Part shown: positions 7,698-16,341 of the stretch, piece after piece | Layout: every line of letters begins with the position of its first letter | Position numbering within the stretch: the first letter of the stretch is position 1 | Source of the DNA: Anaerolineae bacterium | GTDB taxonomy: Bacteria > Chloroflexota > Anaerolineae > UBA1429 | DNA: 56,517 nt | Direction of reading: 5' to 3' | Assembly: GCA_035529675.1 (NCBI GenBank) | Contig: DATKWG010000031.1 | Coordinates: 1-56,517, forward strand | The notes under the pieces: model-generated | Databases searched by the model: none | What the model saw: only the letters and a program-made list of their open reading frames with translations | What the model was told of the DNA's origin: nothing | Program-made: the position numbers and the translations under genes

Positions 7698-9074
7698 GTG
7701 CCCAGGTTGAGACCAGGGGAAGGGGTGCAGGCCTTCCCAGAGTACCGCTGGTACCACAATATCACCCTGAATGCCTACTGGTTTGGCACCTCTTTCATGT
7801 GGAACTCGCTCCACCCCATCATCTTGCCCACGCTCTTGTTGTCGCTGGTGCCGGAGAACGCAAAGAATACGGGCTACGGTCTACTGACCTTTGCAGGACT
7901 CATGGTGGCTTTGGTGATGGAGCCGGTCAGCGGCGCGCTCAGCGATGGCAGTCGCCATCGCTTGGGGCGTCGGCGACCATGGGTGCTGGCTGGCACATTC
8001 CTCGGCCTGGTCTGCCTGTTGCCCCTGGCTCTGGCAAACAGCTTATGGATGGTTGCCGTCGGCTATGTGCTCCTTCAATTCGCCTCCAACCTTGCCCATG
8101 GCGCCGGTCAGGGCCTCATCCCCGACATTGTGCCCCAGGGAAAGCGCGGCATCGCATCGGGTATCAAGTACCTGATCGACATGGCGGGGGTGATCTGTGC
8201 TGCGCTGGTGGCCGGCCATCTGATGGGCGGTGGCCATCCCAGGCCCCTTCTTGCCGTGGGCGTCGTCGCCTGCGTCCTGTTGGGGGCCATGACCATCACC
8301 GTCGTGGGCTCCCGGGAGGTGCCAACCTCCCGCCCCGGCAAGGCCCGGCCCAGGGGACGAGCGGGCTTGGCCCAATTGCGTCAGCTTCTAAAGGTGAACC
8401 TTCGAGGCCAGCGCGACTATGCGCGGCTGTTGGCCGCCCGCTACTGTGTGCTCTTGGGGACCTATTCGGTGCAGTCTTTCGGGCTTTTCTACTTTCACGA
8501 CGCCCTGCAAATGCCCGATGCGCCGACCGCGGTGGGCAAGGTGATGGCGGCTGTGGCTCTCAGCGTCACTCTGATCACATTCCCTGCCGGCGTCCTTTCC
8601 GAGGTATGGGGACGCAAGGGACTCAGTCTGGCTGCCTGCGCGATCACCGCCGTGGGCATGGGCCTGCTCTTGCCGGTTCGCAGCATGACCGCGCTCCTCG
8701 CGCTGGGCTGCACCATCGGCGTGGGCATGGGCATATTCGCCAGCGTCACCTGGGCCTGGGCGACCGATCTCGTGCCCAGCGCTGAGGCGGGCAAGTACCT
8801 GGGGCTTTCTAACCTGGCTACTGCCGGCTCGGCGGCCACGGCCCGCCTGCTCGGTCCAGTCGTCGATCTGGTCAATGCCCGTAGGCCCTATGTTGGCTAC
8901 TCGATCATGTTCATCGTGGCCACGATCGGAGCCCTGCTAGGGCTGGTGATACTTATCGGTGTGCCCGACAAGGGAGCTGCCATGCGTTCGCGAGGGGAGA
9001 CCGACCAGGCCTCAGGTCGGGAGGTGAGCCTGGGCTCCTCGGCCAGGGCTCAGCCAGCCACCAGGAGAAGATGA
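7698..9074 (+). CDS. MFS transporter
   Basis: Multiple hydrophobic helices and an MFS loop motif (GALSDGSRHRLGRRRPW). The start is uncertain: GTG 7698 after AAAGGTGGGAG was chosen because 7593 and 7638 lie upstream of or at the predicted TSS. Confidence 0.8.
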   Translation: MPRLRPGEGVQAFPEYRWYHNITLNAYWFGTSFMWNSLHPIILPTLLLSLVPENAKNTGYGLLTFAGLMVALVMEPVSGALSDGSRHRLGRRRPWVLAGTFLGLVCLLPLALANSLWMVAVGYVLLQFASNLAHGAGQGLIPDIVPQGKRGIASGIKYLIDMAGVICAALVAGHLMGGGHPRPLLAVGVVACVLLGAMTITVVGSREVPTSRPGKARPRGRAGLAQLRQLLKVNLRGQRDYARLLAARYCVLLGTYSVQSFGLFYFHDALQMPDAPTAVGKVMAAVALSVTLITFPAGVLSEVWGRKGLSLAACAITAVGMGLLLPVRSMTALLALGCTIGVGMGIFASVTWAWATDLVPSAEAGKYLGLSNLATAGSAATARLLGPVVDLVNARRPYVGYSIMFIVATIGALLGLVILIGVPDKGAAMRSRGETDQASGREVSLGSSARAQPATRRR

Positions 9075-9961
9075 TGAGAATCAAAGGCGTCTATCCACCC
9101 ATCGTGACCCCATTCGATGAGCAAGGGCGTCTGCACGCCGACGCTCTGGCGGGCAACATCCAAAAGTGGGATGATACCGGATTGAGCGGCTACGTGGTGG
9201 CCGGCTCCAACGGAGAGAGCCCCCTGCTCACCTTCGACGAAGTCACCAGGGCCATTCGCATCGCCCGGCGGGCTGCCCAGCGCGACAAGCTGATCATCGC
9301 TGGTACGGGGCGGCAATCCACGGCAGCAACCATCGACATGACCCGAGCCGCCGCCGAAGCCGGTGCGGATGCGGCTCTGGTGGTCACTCCCTTCTTCTAT
9401 GGCGCACAGATGACCGGGGACGCTCTTGTGCGCCACTTTGAGGCACTGGCCGATGCCTCGCCCATCCCGATCCTCATCTACAACGTGCCCAAGTTCACCC
9501 ACCTGAACATCGCGCCCAGCACGGTGGCGCGCCTCTCTGCCCACCAGAAGATAGTGGGAATCAAGGATAGCGCCGGAGACATCGGCCAGGTCATCGATCT
9601 GGTTCGCCTCTGTTGCCCAGACTTTGACATCCTGATGGGCAATGGGCCAGCCTATCTGAGCGGGCTGCAGGCGGGAGCATCGGGCGGCATCCTTGCCCTG
9701 GCCAACGTGGCCCCTCGGGAGTGTGTTGCCATATGGAACCTGGTTCGTGCGGGACGAGCCGAGGAGGCTCTGTCCATACAGCGGCGGCTGATGCCTGTGG
9801 GACGCGCCGTCACCTCGGGGTATGGCGTTCCCGGATTGAAGGCAGCCATGGACCTCTTGGGGTACTCTGGCGGGGAGCCGCGACCGCCCTTGCTTCCAGC
9901 AGACGCCGCGACGCGCGAGGCCATGCGAGAGACACTCGTTGAGGCGGAACTGCTTCCGTAG
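9071..9961 (+). CDS. dihydrodipicolinate synthase family protein (DapA/NanA-type class I aldolase)
   Basis: GVYPPIVTPF...GYVVAGSNGE...VVTPFFY...GIKDSAGD (Schiff-base Lys context). The start overlaps the MFS stop (ATGA). The second ATG at 9074 has better spacing to AGGAG. Confidence 0.85.
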   Translation: MMRIKGVYPPIVTPFDEQGRLHADALAGNIQKWDDTGLSGYVVAGSNGESPLLTFDEVTRAIRIARRAAQRDKLIIAGTGRQSTAATIDMTRAAAEAGADAALVVTPFFYGAQMTGDALVRHFEALADASPIPILIYNVPKFTHLNIAPSTVARLSAHQKIVGIKDSAGDIGQVIDLVRLCCPDFDILMGNGPAYLSGLQAGASGGILALANVAPRECVAIWNLVRAGRAEEALSIQRRLMPVGRAVTSGYGVPGLKAAMDLLGYSGGEPRPPLLPADAATREAMRETLVEAELLP

Positions 9962-10030
9962 GCACTCGTGCCCGGGGCCTGGCGCAGGGGTTTCTGTGGG
10001 GGCAGAAGATCGCGTCTCTGCTCCCCTTGC

Positions 10031-11368
10031 TTACTCCTGCTCTTCGGGCCAGACCACGTCCTGGGCCAGGCCCCGCATGAAGTCCAGGTAGGCCTCCTTG
10101 GTCATGGCCGGATGGTAATCCTCGAGGATGGCCTTTGCCCTGCGGGCACCATCGGCCAGCAGGTCGATCAGGGTCATGGCCGCCACCTTTGCCGGCGCGA
10201 CATAGGCCGTGTCGGGGTCGCAAATGCGATAGTCGGCACCATGCCCTGTCCCGCACGCGCCCCTGGCATAGGCATGCACGGCCGGCATGAGGTGACTGAC
10301 GTCACCCATGTCGGTGGAGCCCGCGCCGAAGGTGGGCTCCCACCATTCCTCCTCGCCCACCAGGGCCGTGGCGTTCTCCTTGTAGACCTCGACCAGTTTG
10401 GGATGGACCAGCCTTGGGAGATACCCGGGCAACGTCGTGATCTGGACGGTGGCACCCAGGGCCATGGCTCCCGCCTTGAGCGACCGATCGACCTTCGCGG
10501 CGGCGGACATGATGGCCTCCACGGTGGCTCCCCGCACGTAGGTCTCCATGCGAACGTCGGCGGGAATCACATTCACCATCTCGCCGCCCTTGGTGATGAT
10601 GGGGTGCACGCGAATATGGTCCTTGTCTTGAAATGTCTCGCGGTTGGCGTCGATGGCTTGCAGGGCGAGCATGGCCGCCTTGAGGGCGTTGATCCCCTCA
10701 TGGGGTGAGCCACCTGCGTGGCTGGCTTTGCCGATGTACCGAATGCGCTTGACCACGCAACCGTTGTTGGGTGCACCAGCGCTGAACTTGCCCTTTTCGT
10801 CGCGACACGACTGGTGGGTCATGAGGGCCATCTGCACGTCGTCAAAGGCCCCCACCCTGATCATCTCGGGCTTGCCCCCGAGGAACTCGATCTTGCCCGC
10901 CTGCTTCAACCTGAGGCGGTATTCGACCTCCACGTATTCCTCCGCCGGGACAGCCATGAGGGCGATGTTTCCACCAAGGTGAGACATGACCCCACTCTCG
11001 ACCAGGCCGTAGGCGAGAGCGATGAGGTTGGCGATCTGGGCATTGTGTCCGCACCCGTGGGCGGCGCCCGTATCGGGGTCGGCATCTGGATGATCGCGCA
11101 CCAGAACCGAATCCAGCTCACCGAGATAGGCCACCGTCACGTGGGACTCTGCGCCCCTCAACATGCCCTTCAGGCCAGTGATGGCGATCCCCGTGGTGTG
11201 GGGAATGCCCAACGCGGCGAACCGGTTCGCGACGATGCCTGCGGTGCGAGGCTCTTTGAAGCCCAGCTCGGGATGCGTGCGAATGTCCTCGCCGATGGAC
11301 ACGATCTCCTCTCGGTGGGCGTCGATGCACTCGCACACGCGGTCCTTCAGTCGTTGCACATCAATCAC
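10031..11368 (-). CDS. M20 family amidohydrolase (M20D-like)
   Basis: HPELGFKE...AAHGCGHN... and the dimerisation-domain pattern typical of amidohydrolase / hippurate-hydrolase-like M20 enzymes. Confidence 0.85.
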   Translation of the reverse strand: MIDVQRLKDRVCECIDAHREEIVSIGEDIRTHPELGFKEPRTAGIVANRFAALGIPHTTGIAITGLKGMLRGAESHVTVAYLGELDSVLVRDHPDADPDTGAAHGCGHNAQIANLIALAYGLVESGVMSHLGGNIALMAVPAEEYVEVEYRLRLKQAGKIEFLGGKPEMIRVGAFDDVQMALMTHQSCRDEKGKFSAGAPNNGCVVKRIRYIGKASHAGGSPHEGINALKAAMLALQAIDANRETFQDKDHIRVHPIITKGGEMVNVIPADVRMETYVRGATVEAIMSAAAKVDRSLKAGAMALGATVQITTLPGYLPRLVHPKLVEVYKENATALVGEEEWWEPTFGAGSTDMGDVSHLMPAVHAYARGACGTGHGADYRICDPDTAYVAPAKVAAMTLIDLLADGARRAKAILEDYHPAMTKEAYLDFMRGLAQDVVWPEEQE

Positions 11369-11391
11369 AGTGGCTTGCCTCCACGTCCAGA

Positions 11392-12729
11392 TCAGGCTTC
11401 GACAGCGTTCTCGGCGATGACCGAGGCATAGTAGGCAGCGCTATCTTTGGGAATGCGCCGCTGCGTGCCAAAGTCCACGTAGACGATGCCAAAGCGACGG
11501 CTGTACCCGTAGCCCCACTCAAAGTTGTCCATCAGTGACCAGAGAAAGTAGCCTTTGAGCGGCACGCCTTGCTGGATGGCTCTGTGTGCCGCGGCAATGT
11601 GCTGGCGCAGGTAAGAGATCCGTTTGTCGTCGTGCACCTTGCCCTCGGGGGTGAGCACATCCTCGTAGGCACAGCCATTCTCGGTTATGTACATCGCCGG
11701 CGAGCCATAGTCCCTGGCCAGCCGAACCAAGAGATCGGTCAGTCCCTGCGGGTAGACCTCCCAGTCCATGGCGGTGTACTCGCCCTCGGGATGAAGCCTG
11801 ATCATGTTCAGGAACTCACCCTCTCGATGAGCGACAAGAGCTCGGGCGTAGTAGTTGACCCCCAAGAAGTCGATAGGGCGACCGATTATCTCCATGTCCC
11901 CTGGCGCTACTCTGGGTGCCAAGAAACCAAAGATACCCGACATATCCAGGGGATACCGACCCCTGAACACGGGATCGAGGAACCAGCGGTTCGCATAGCC
12001 GTCGTGACGCCTGGCTGCCGCGACGTCCTCCGTTCGGTCGCTGGCAGGATAGGCGGGGCTGAAATTGAGCGTGATCCCCACGCGAGTGGTCTCATCACCT
12101 TGCTCGCGCAACACCGGCACTGCCAGGCCGTGAGAGAGCAACAGATGGTGAGACACCTGCAAGGCGAGGCCCAGGTCCTCCCAACCAGGAGCGTGCCTTC
12201 CCATGAGGTGGCCCACGAATGCCGCCACCCACGGCTCGTTCTGGGTGATCCAGTAGTGTACGCGATCGCCCAGGCGTTCGGCCACGATGGTCGCATAGTC
12301 TACGAACCGGTGGACCGTATCGCGTGCTGCCCATCCTCCCAGGCGCTGCAGCGCCGAGGGCAGGTCCCAGTGGTAAAGGGTCACGAAGGGCTCTATGCCA
12401 GCTCCCAGAAGCTCGTCCACCAGGCGGCTGTAGAAATCGAGCCCCTTCTGGCTGACCTGCCCCGATCCCTCGGGCAGAACACGAGGCCAGGAGATCGAGA
12501 AGCGATAGGCCGCCAGGCCCAGGTGTGCCATAAGGCCAACGTCTTCCTCATAGCGGTGGTAATGGTCGTCGGCCACCTCTCCCGTGTCGCCGGCCAGCAC
12601 CTTGCCAGGCCACCGGCAGAACGCATCCCAGATACACTCTCCTCGATCCTCGTAGCCTCCCTCTATCTGGTAGGCGGCGGTTGCGGTGCCCCAGAGAAAA
12701 CCTTCGGGAAAGCACAGCACTTGATTCAT
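11392..12729 (-). CDS. GH1 beta-glucosidase
   Basis: FPEGFLWGTATAAYQIEGG, NEP and ITENG catalytic motifs. Start moved from 13161 to the ATG at 12729, which has AGGAGG 9 nt upstream (445 aa). Confidence 0.9.
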   Translation of the reverse strand: MNQVLCFPEGFLWGTATAAYQIEGGYEDRGECIWDAFCRWPGKVLAGDTGEVADDHYHRYEEDVGLMAHLGLAAYRFSISWPRVLPEGSGQVSQKGLDFYSRLVDELLGAGIEPFVTLYHWDLPSALQRLGGWAARDTVHRFVDYATIVAERLGDRVHYWITQNEPWVAAFVGHLMGRHAPGWEDLGLALQVSHHLLLSHGLAVPVLREQGDETTRVGITLNFSPAYPASDRTEDVAAARRHDGYANRWFLDPVFRGRYPLDMSGIFGFLAPRVAPGDMEIIGRPIDFLGVNYYARALVAHREGEFLNMIRLHPEGEYTAMDWEVYPQGLTDLLVRLARDYGSPAMYITENGCAYEDVLTPEGKVHDDKRISYLRQHIAAAHRAIQQGVPLKGYFLWSLMDNFEWGYGYSRRFGIVYVDFGTQRRIPKDSAAYYASVIAENAVEA

Positions 12730-12889
12730 GACCGGGTTCCTCCTATGTCGGCACACAAAAGGGTTGGATCGAGAGGCATTATACGGCCAGGCGACTGCCC
12801 GATCAAGGGTGAATGGATGCCGAATCTTGACCAGGTTGCTGGAGTGGGCCAGGATGAAAGAGAGGCGGATGGGAAAGGAGTTGTGAATC

Positions 12890-13039
12890 ATGGTCAAAGA
12901 AGGTGAGTCGGCGCCCGATTCCACCCTGCCTCCGGATAAGGGCAAGGAGGTCACCCTCTCTTCGTTTCGTGGAAAGAAGCCGAATGCGCCTGCGTACCGG
13001 ATGCTGTGGAGAGCGCGACCGCAGCGTGTTGGCCAGTGA
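12890..13039 (+). pseudogene. peroxiredoxin (Bcp/AhpC-TSA-like) N-terminal fragment
   Basis: AAGGAG, then 9 nt, then ATG. The translation MVKEGESAPDSTLPPDKGKEVTLSSFRGKK matches the N-terminus of Bcp-type peroxiredoxins, then diverges and stops after 49 codons, before the catalytic Cys region. Confidence 0.4.
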
Positions 13040-13084
13040 GGCTCCGACCTAGCGGGGAGCTGCGGTAGGAGTCTGCCTCTGCGG

Positions 13085-13882
13085 CTATGAAGGGGTTTGC
13101 CCGTCGGGAGTGGTTCCCTCCCGAGATGCGGTGCTCGTGGCCACCACCGCCGTCTCCTCACCCTCAGCGGGGGGCTTGCCGATGTCCGCGATTCGCGCCA
13201 GAATGACTCCCACTTCGTAGAGGAGGTAGAGGGGCACCATCACGATCATCATATTCACGGGGTCGGGCGTGGGGGTCACCACGGCGGCGATGATAGCGAT
13301 TACCAGGACGGCATATTTGCGAAACCGCCCCAACTTCTTTGCCGTAACCAGGTCGAGCTTGGCGGCAAAGAACATGATCAAGGGCGTCTGAAAGACGATC
13401 CCCATCCAGAAGAGCACGCGAGTGACGAAGCTGATGTAGTTGTTCAGGGTCCAGCGGTTGTCTACGATAGTGTCGAGGAATCCCTGCATAAAGTTGATCG
13501 CTGCGGGCAGCATAACCAACGCGGCGAAAGCCACTCCCCCGGCAAAGCAGATCGTAACGCCGGGCAGGAGGAAGTAGAGGTACTTCTTCTCATCGGGAAG
13601 AAGCCCCGGCAGCGCAAAACGAACGACCTGATAGACGATGACCGGCATGGCCAGGGCCACACCCCCTATCAGGGCGATCTTGAAATAGACGACAAACGAC
13701 TCGGTTGGGTGAATCGCTTGGGGTCTCACTTCTCCGAGAGGCGCTGAGAGTATCTCTAGACCTTGCTTGGCGAATATCACGCTGAACGCTGTGGTGATAA
13801 CCAGCATCAGCGTCGCCTTGACCATGCGCGACCGAAGTTCGGTCAGGTGCTCGAAAATCGTGAGTTCTGCGTCATCGGTCAT
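13085..13882 (-). CDS. tatC: twin-arginine translocase subunit TatC
   Basis: IFEHLTELRSRMVK... and six hydrophobic segments typical of TatC. Confidence 0.9.
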   Translation of the reverse strand: MTDDAELTIFEHLTELRSRMVKATLMLVITTAFSVIFAKQGLEILSAPLGEVRPQAIHPTESFVVYFKIALIGGVALAMPVIVYQVVRFALPGLLPDEKKYLYFLLPGVTICFAGGVAFAALVMLPAAINFMQGFLDTIVDNRWTLNNYISFVTRVLFWMGIVFQTPLIMFFAAKLDLVTAKKLGRFRKYAVLVIAIIAAVVTPTPDPVNMMIVMVPLYLLYEVGVILARIADIGKPPAEGEETAVVATSTASREGTTPDGQTPS

Positions 13883-13887
13883 CAGGT

Positions 13888-14478
13888 CTACGCCTCGCCC
13901 TCTGTGGCCTGGTCGGCCATGTCCGCTTCGGCCACCAGCACCACTTCGTTGACCTCGACCGGCTCCGCGTCTGCGTCTGCGGGCACCAGCGTGGCAACCT
14001 CAACAACCACGGCCTCCATGCTGAGACTGGGCAAAGACCCCCCGTCTGCGCCAGCTTCCGCCCCCGCGGCGGCCGTTTCGGTCAATGGTCCGACCTCTAT
14101 CTCGCCGTCAACCAGTTCGGAAGCGAGTTTCGCCTCCAGTTGCGCGGCTTCGGAGAATGGACCGGGAAGATCGGCAGGCTCCTCTGGCGAGCCGGCCTCG
14201 AGCGCCGGGACGACCTCCCCGACCACCTCGGCGCGGGCGTCCACCAGCCCCCCTGCAACTGTCGGGCTGCCCTGGCCGCTGCTCTCTTCTTCCTCGTCCA
14301 GTTCAAGCGAAAAAGTCTCCCGGAACTCTTTTGTCACGCTCTCGGTGATCTGGCGAAGCCTGGCCAGCGCCTTCCCCCCGTCGCGTGCCAGCTTGACCAT
14401 CCGCTCTGGCCCAACAACCAGCATGGCGATTACCAGTATCAGCAATAGCTCTGAGGTGCCTACACCAAAGATGTTCAC
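13888..14478 (-). CDS. tatA: TatA/TatB family Sec-independent translocase protein with long acidic tail
   Basis: NIFGVGTSELLLILVIAMLVVGPERM (TM helix plus hinge Gly-Pro). GTG start overlapping the nusB stop (GTGA). The C-terminal ~130 aa are rich in E, A and V. Confidence 0.75.
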   Translation of the reverse strand: MNIFGVGTSELLLILVIAMLVVGPERMVKLARDGGKALARLRQITESVTKEFRETFSLELDEEEESSGQGSPTVAGGLVDARAEVVGEVVPALEAGSPEEPADLPGPFSEAAQLEAKLASELVDGEIEVGPLTETAAAGAEAGADGGSLPSLSMEAVVVEVATLVPADADAEPVEVNEVVLVAEADMADQATEGEA

Positions 14479-14990
14479 GGCTGGGGTTGACCTCCTGGCT
14501 GGGATACCCCTTCGTCCCCGGCTCGCAGTGGGCTGGCATCTGGGGTCGCGTCGGGGTGCGCATCACTCGGAAAGCCGGCCGCCAGTTGAGACCTTTGAGC
14601 AAAGAGCGTGCCCAACACGCCATTCACGAACCGGCTCGAGCTGTCGCCGCCAAACATCTTGGCCAGCTCCACAGCCTCATTAATGGCCACCTTTGGCGGA
14701 GCGCTGTGGTCGAGCATGATCTCATACGCTGCCAGGCGAAGTATGTTCCGATCTACAGGAGACAACTGCTCCACGGGCCATTCGGGAGCGATGCGTTGGA
14801 TGATCGCGTCCAAGCCAACTTGCTGCCGCAAGACCCCGAACAGGAGCCTCCTGCAGAAACCCTCGGCCGCCTTTTGAAGGGGCGATTCCGCCAGGCGCCA
14901 ACGCAACGCAGTGTGCGGATCGTGATGGGCCGTGTCAACCTCGAAAAGCGCCTGCAGAGCCGCGATCCTGGCCCGCCGTCTCGGCTTCAA
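14475..14990 (-). CDS. nusB: transcription antitermination factor NusB
   Basis: RRRARIAALQALFEVD...NILRLAAYEIM...PPKVAINEAVELAK.FG...SSRFVNGVLG. Confidence 0.9.
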   Translation of the reverse strand: MKPRRRARIAALQALFEVDTAHHDPHTALRWRLAESPLQKAAEGFCRRLLFGVLRQQVGLDAIIQRIAPEWPVEQLSPVDRNILRLAAYEIMLDHSAPPKVAINEAVELAKMFGGDSSSRFVNGVLGTLFAQRSQLAAGFPSDAHPDATPDASPLRAGDEGVSQPGGQPQP

Positions 14991-15011
14991 GACTCGTCTC
15001 CGTCGCCCAAC

Positions 15012-15359
15012 CTATCCGCCAGGGACACTCTCAACATCCTCGACGCGAACGTTGACCGCCAACACAGGCATGCCCACCATGTCGGTGATGGCCCGCGAGA
15101 CATGAGCCTGTATCTCGCGGCCCAACTCGCATATGCTGATCTTGCGGGCGGCGACTACATGGAGGTCCACCAGCACCGCGCCATCCACAACCTCCACGAG
15201 CACGCCATCGCCGGCTCCCCTGCCCTTCAACAAGCGATCAACGCCACTGGGCAGAGTGCGAAACATGCGCACCACGCCTGGCACCGACAGCGTGGTGAGC
15301 CGCGCGATGGTGACTAATACCTGCCGTGAGATACGGACGGTTCCCAGTCTGCCCTTCAT
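15012..15359 (-). CDS. Asp23/Gls24 family envelope stress protein
   Basis: LGTVRISRQVLVTIARLTTLSVPGVV...AVNVRVEDV. Start moved to the ATG at 15359 (GGAGGGAG upstream). The asp23-nusB adjacency is as in Firmicutes. Confidence 0.8.
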   Translation of the reverse strand: MKGRLGTVRISRQVLVTIARLTTLSVPGVVRMFRTLPSGVDRLLKGRGAGDGVLVEVVDGAVLVDLHVVAARKISICELGREIQAHVSRAITDMVGMPVLAVNVRVEDVESVPGG

Positions 15360-15477
15360 GGCATCTCCCTCCAACAAGGGATCCAGCAACCGAACCGGCT
15401 CCTCGTGCTCTGCACCAGTAGCACACAAAAGGGCCGTCAGGACGCATCCTCAGACGGCCCGACAAGACGAAGTAGGG

Positions 15478-15663
15478 CTAAGTTGCGGACTCGACATGCA
15501 GCGCAACCCGGCCCCGATATCTGCCGCAACTGGGACATGCCGTGTGCGGCAAGCGCATCTGATGACACGACGAGCACTCTACCAGAGCGACTGAGCGCAG
15601 AGCATGATGGCTTCGACGGCGGTGGGTGCGCCCCTTGGATTGTTTGCGTTTCGGTACGGCCAT
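15478..15663 (-). CDS. rpmF: 50S ribosomal protein L32
   Basis: MAVPKRKQSKGRTHRRRSH...C..C......H..CP.CG (zinc-ribbon form). Confidence 0.9.
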   Translation of the reverse strand: MAVPKRKQSKGRTHRRRSHHALRSVALVECSSCHQMRLPHTACPSCGRYRGRVALHVESAT

Positions 15664-16227
15664 CTATGCGCCGTTCCTTTCCTTAGACCTGGTCTCCACG
15701 CCCGGCAGTTCCAGCAGTTCTGCCAGCGGGGCTAACCTCGGGTCAATTCCGATACTCTGACAATGACAGTGACCGAAGTTGAGATTCTCTCCGCAGTTCG
15801 GACAGAGTCCCTTGCAGTCAGAACGACAGAGAGTCCAATCGGATGCAGCCAAGATGGTGTGTTGCCGGAGCACCTCGGTCAAATCCAACAGGTGATGCTG
15901 ATCGATGACCAGCTCCGAGGCGTGCTCATCAGTTCGCGGCAGCCGATCGCCAGTCCTGATGTCCGAGGAGGGTACGAACTCCTCCTCGAACTCAAAGCGC
16001 ACCTCGGTCTCGGTGAGCTCCAGACAACGCCGGCAAGCCTGGACCAGTCTGAGACGAGCACTGCCGGCAGCCAGTATCCCCCTTGGAGTGCGCTGAAGGT
16101 TCACCCTGCCCCGCACACCGGTGGCTCCTGGATTCCTCTCGTCTATGTCGCGCAGCGAACCGTCGATTCCGAATTGACGAGAGGTCCCGATACTCTCTCT
16201 GAGCAACTGTGCCACGTTGTAGAGCAT
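15664..16227 (-). CDS. yceD: YceD/DUF177 family protein (upstream partner of rpmF)
   Basis: C-terminal C..DCKGLCP.CG.NLN...C.C motif. The stop abuts the rpmF start. Start moved to the ATG at 16227. Confidence 0.8.
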   Translation of the reverse strand: MLYNVAQLLRESIGTSRQFGIDGSLRDIDERNPGATGVRGRVNLQRTPRGILAAGSARLRLVQACRRCLELTETEVRFEFEEEFVPSSDIRTGDRLPRTDEHASELVIDQHHLLDLTEVLRQHTILAASDWTLCRSDCKGLCPNCGENLNFGHCHCQSIGIDPRLAPLAELLELPGVETRSKERNGA

Positions 16228-16341
16228 TGCTCTCCCTTGATGCAGCCTACACTGATTATACGTGACGGCGGCAGGCGTGTCAAAAAACCCACGCCCTCTG
16301 GCCCACGGGCGGGAGGTTTTCCCAGGCCTGGGCACGCCAAC

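Noticed and set aside
11569-12906. A 445-aa ORF on the plus strand, the same length as the beta-glucosidase.
   Set aside because: It is the mirror ORF of the GH1 gene, which has unmistakable catalytic motifs on the other strand. The same reasoning applies to 28047-29021 (-), 15763-16860 (+), 54335-55474 (+), 53475-54482 (-), 7679-8785 (+) and 10718-11431 (+).
11392-13161. A 589-aa version of the beta-glucosidase with a 144-aa N-terminal extension. There are similar long extensions for ino1 (to 6470), tkt (from 32597) and rpe (to 24359).
   Set aside because: The extensions are Arg/Pro-rich and have no homology. They run through a repeat (ino1, tkt), the divergent bcp remnant (beta-glucosidase) or the upstream rlmN gene (rpe). 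Internal starts with good RBSs coincide with the beginning of family similarity.
13763-14683. A 306-aa Ser/Thr/Ala-rich ORF that might be a secreted or glycosylated repeat protein.
   Set aside because: It is the reverse-complement reading of the acidic (GAG/GCC-rich) TatA-tail and nusB coding sequence. It has no signal peptide context or RBS.
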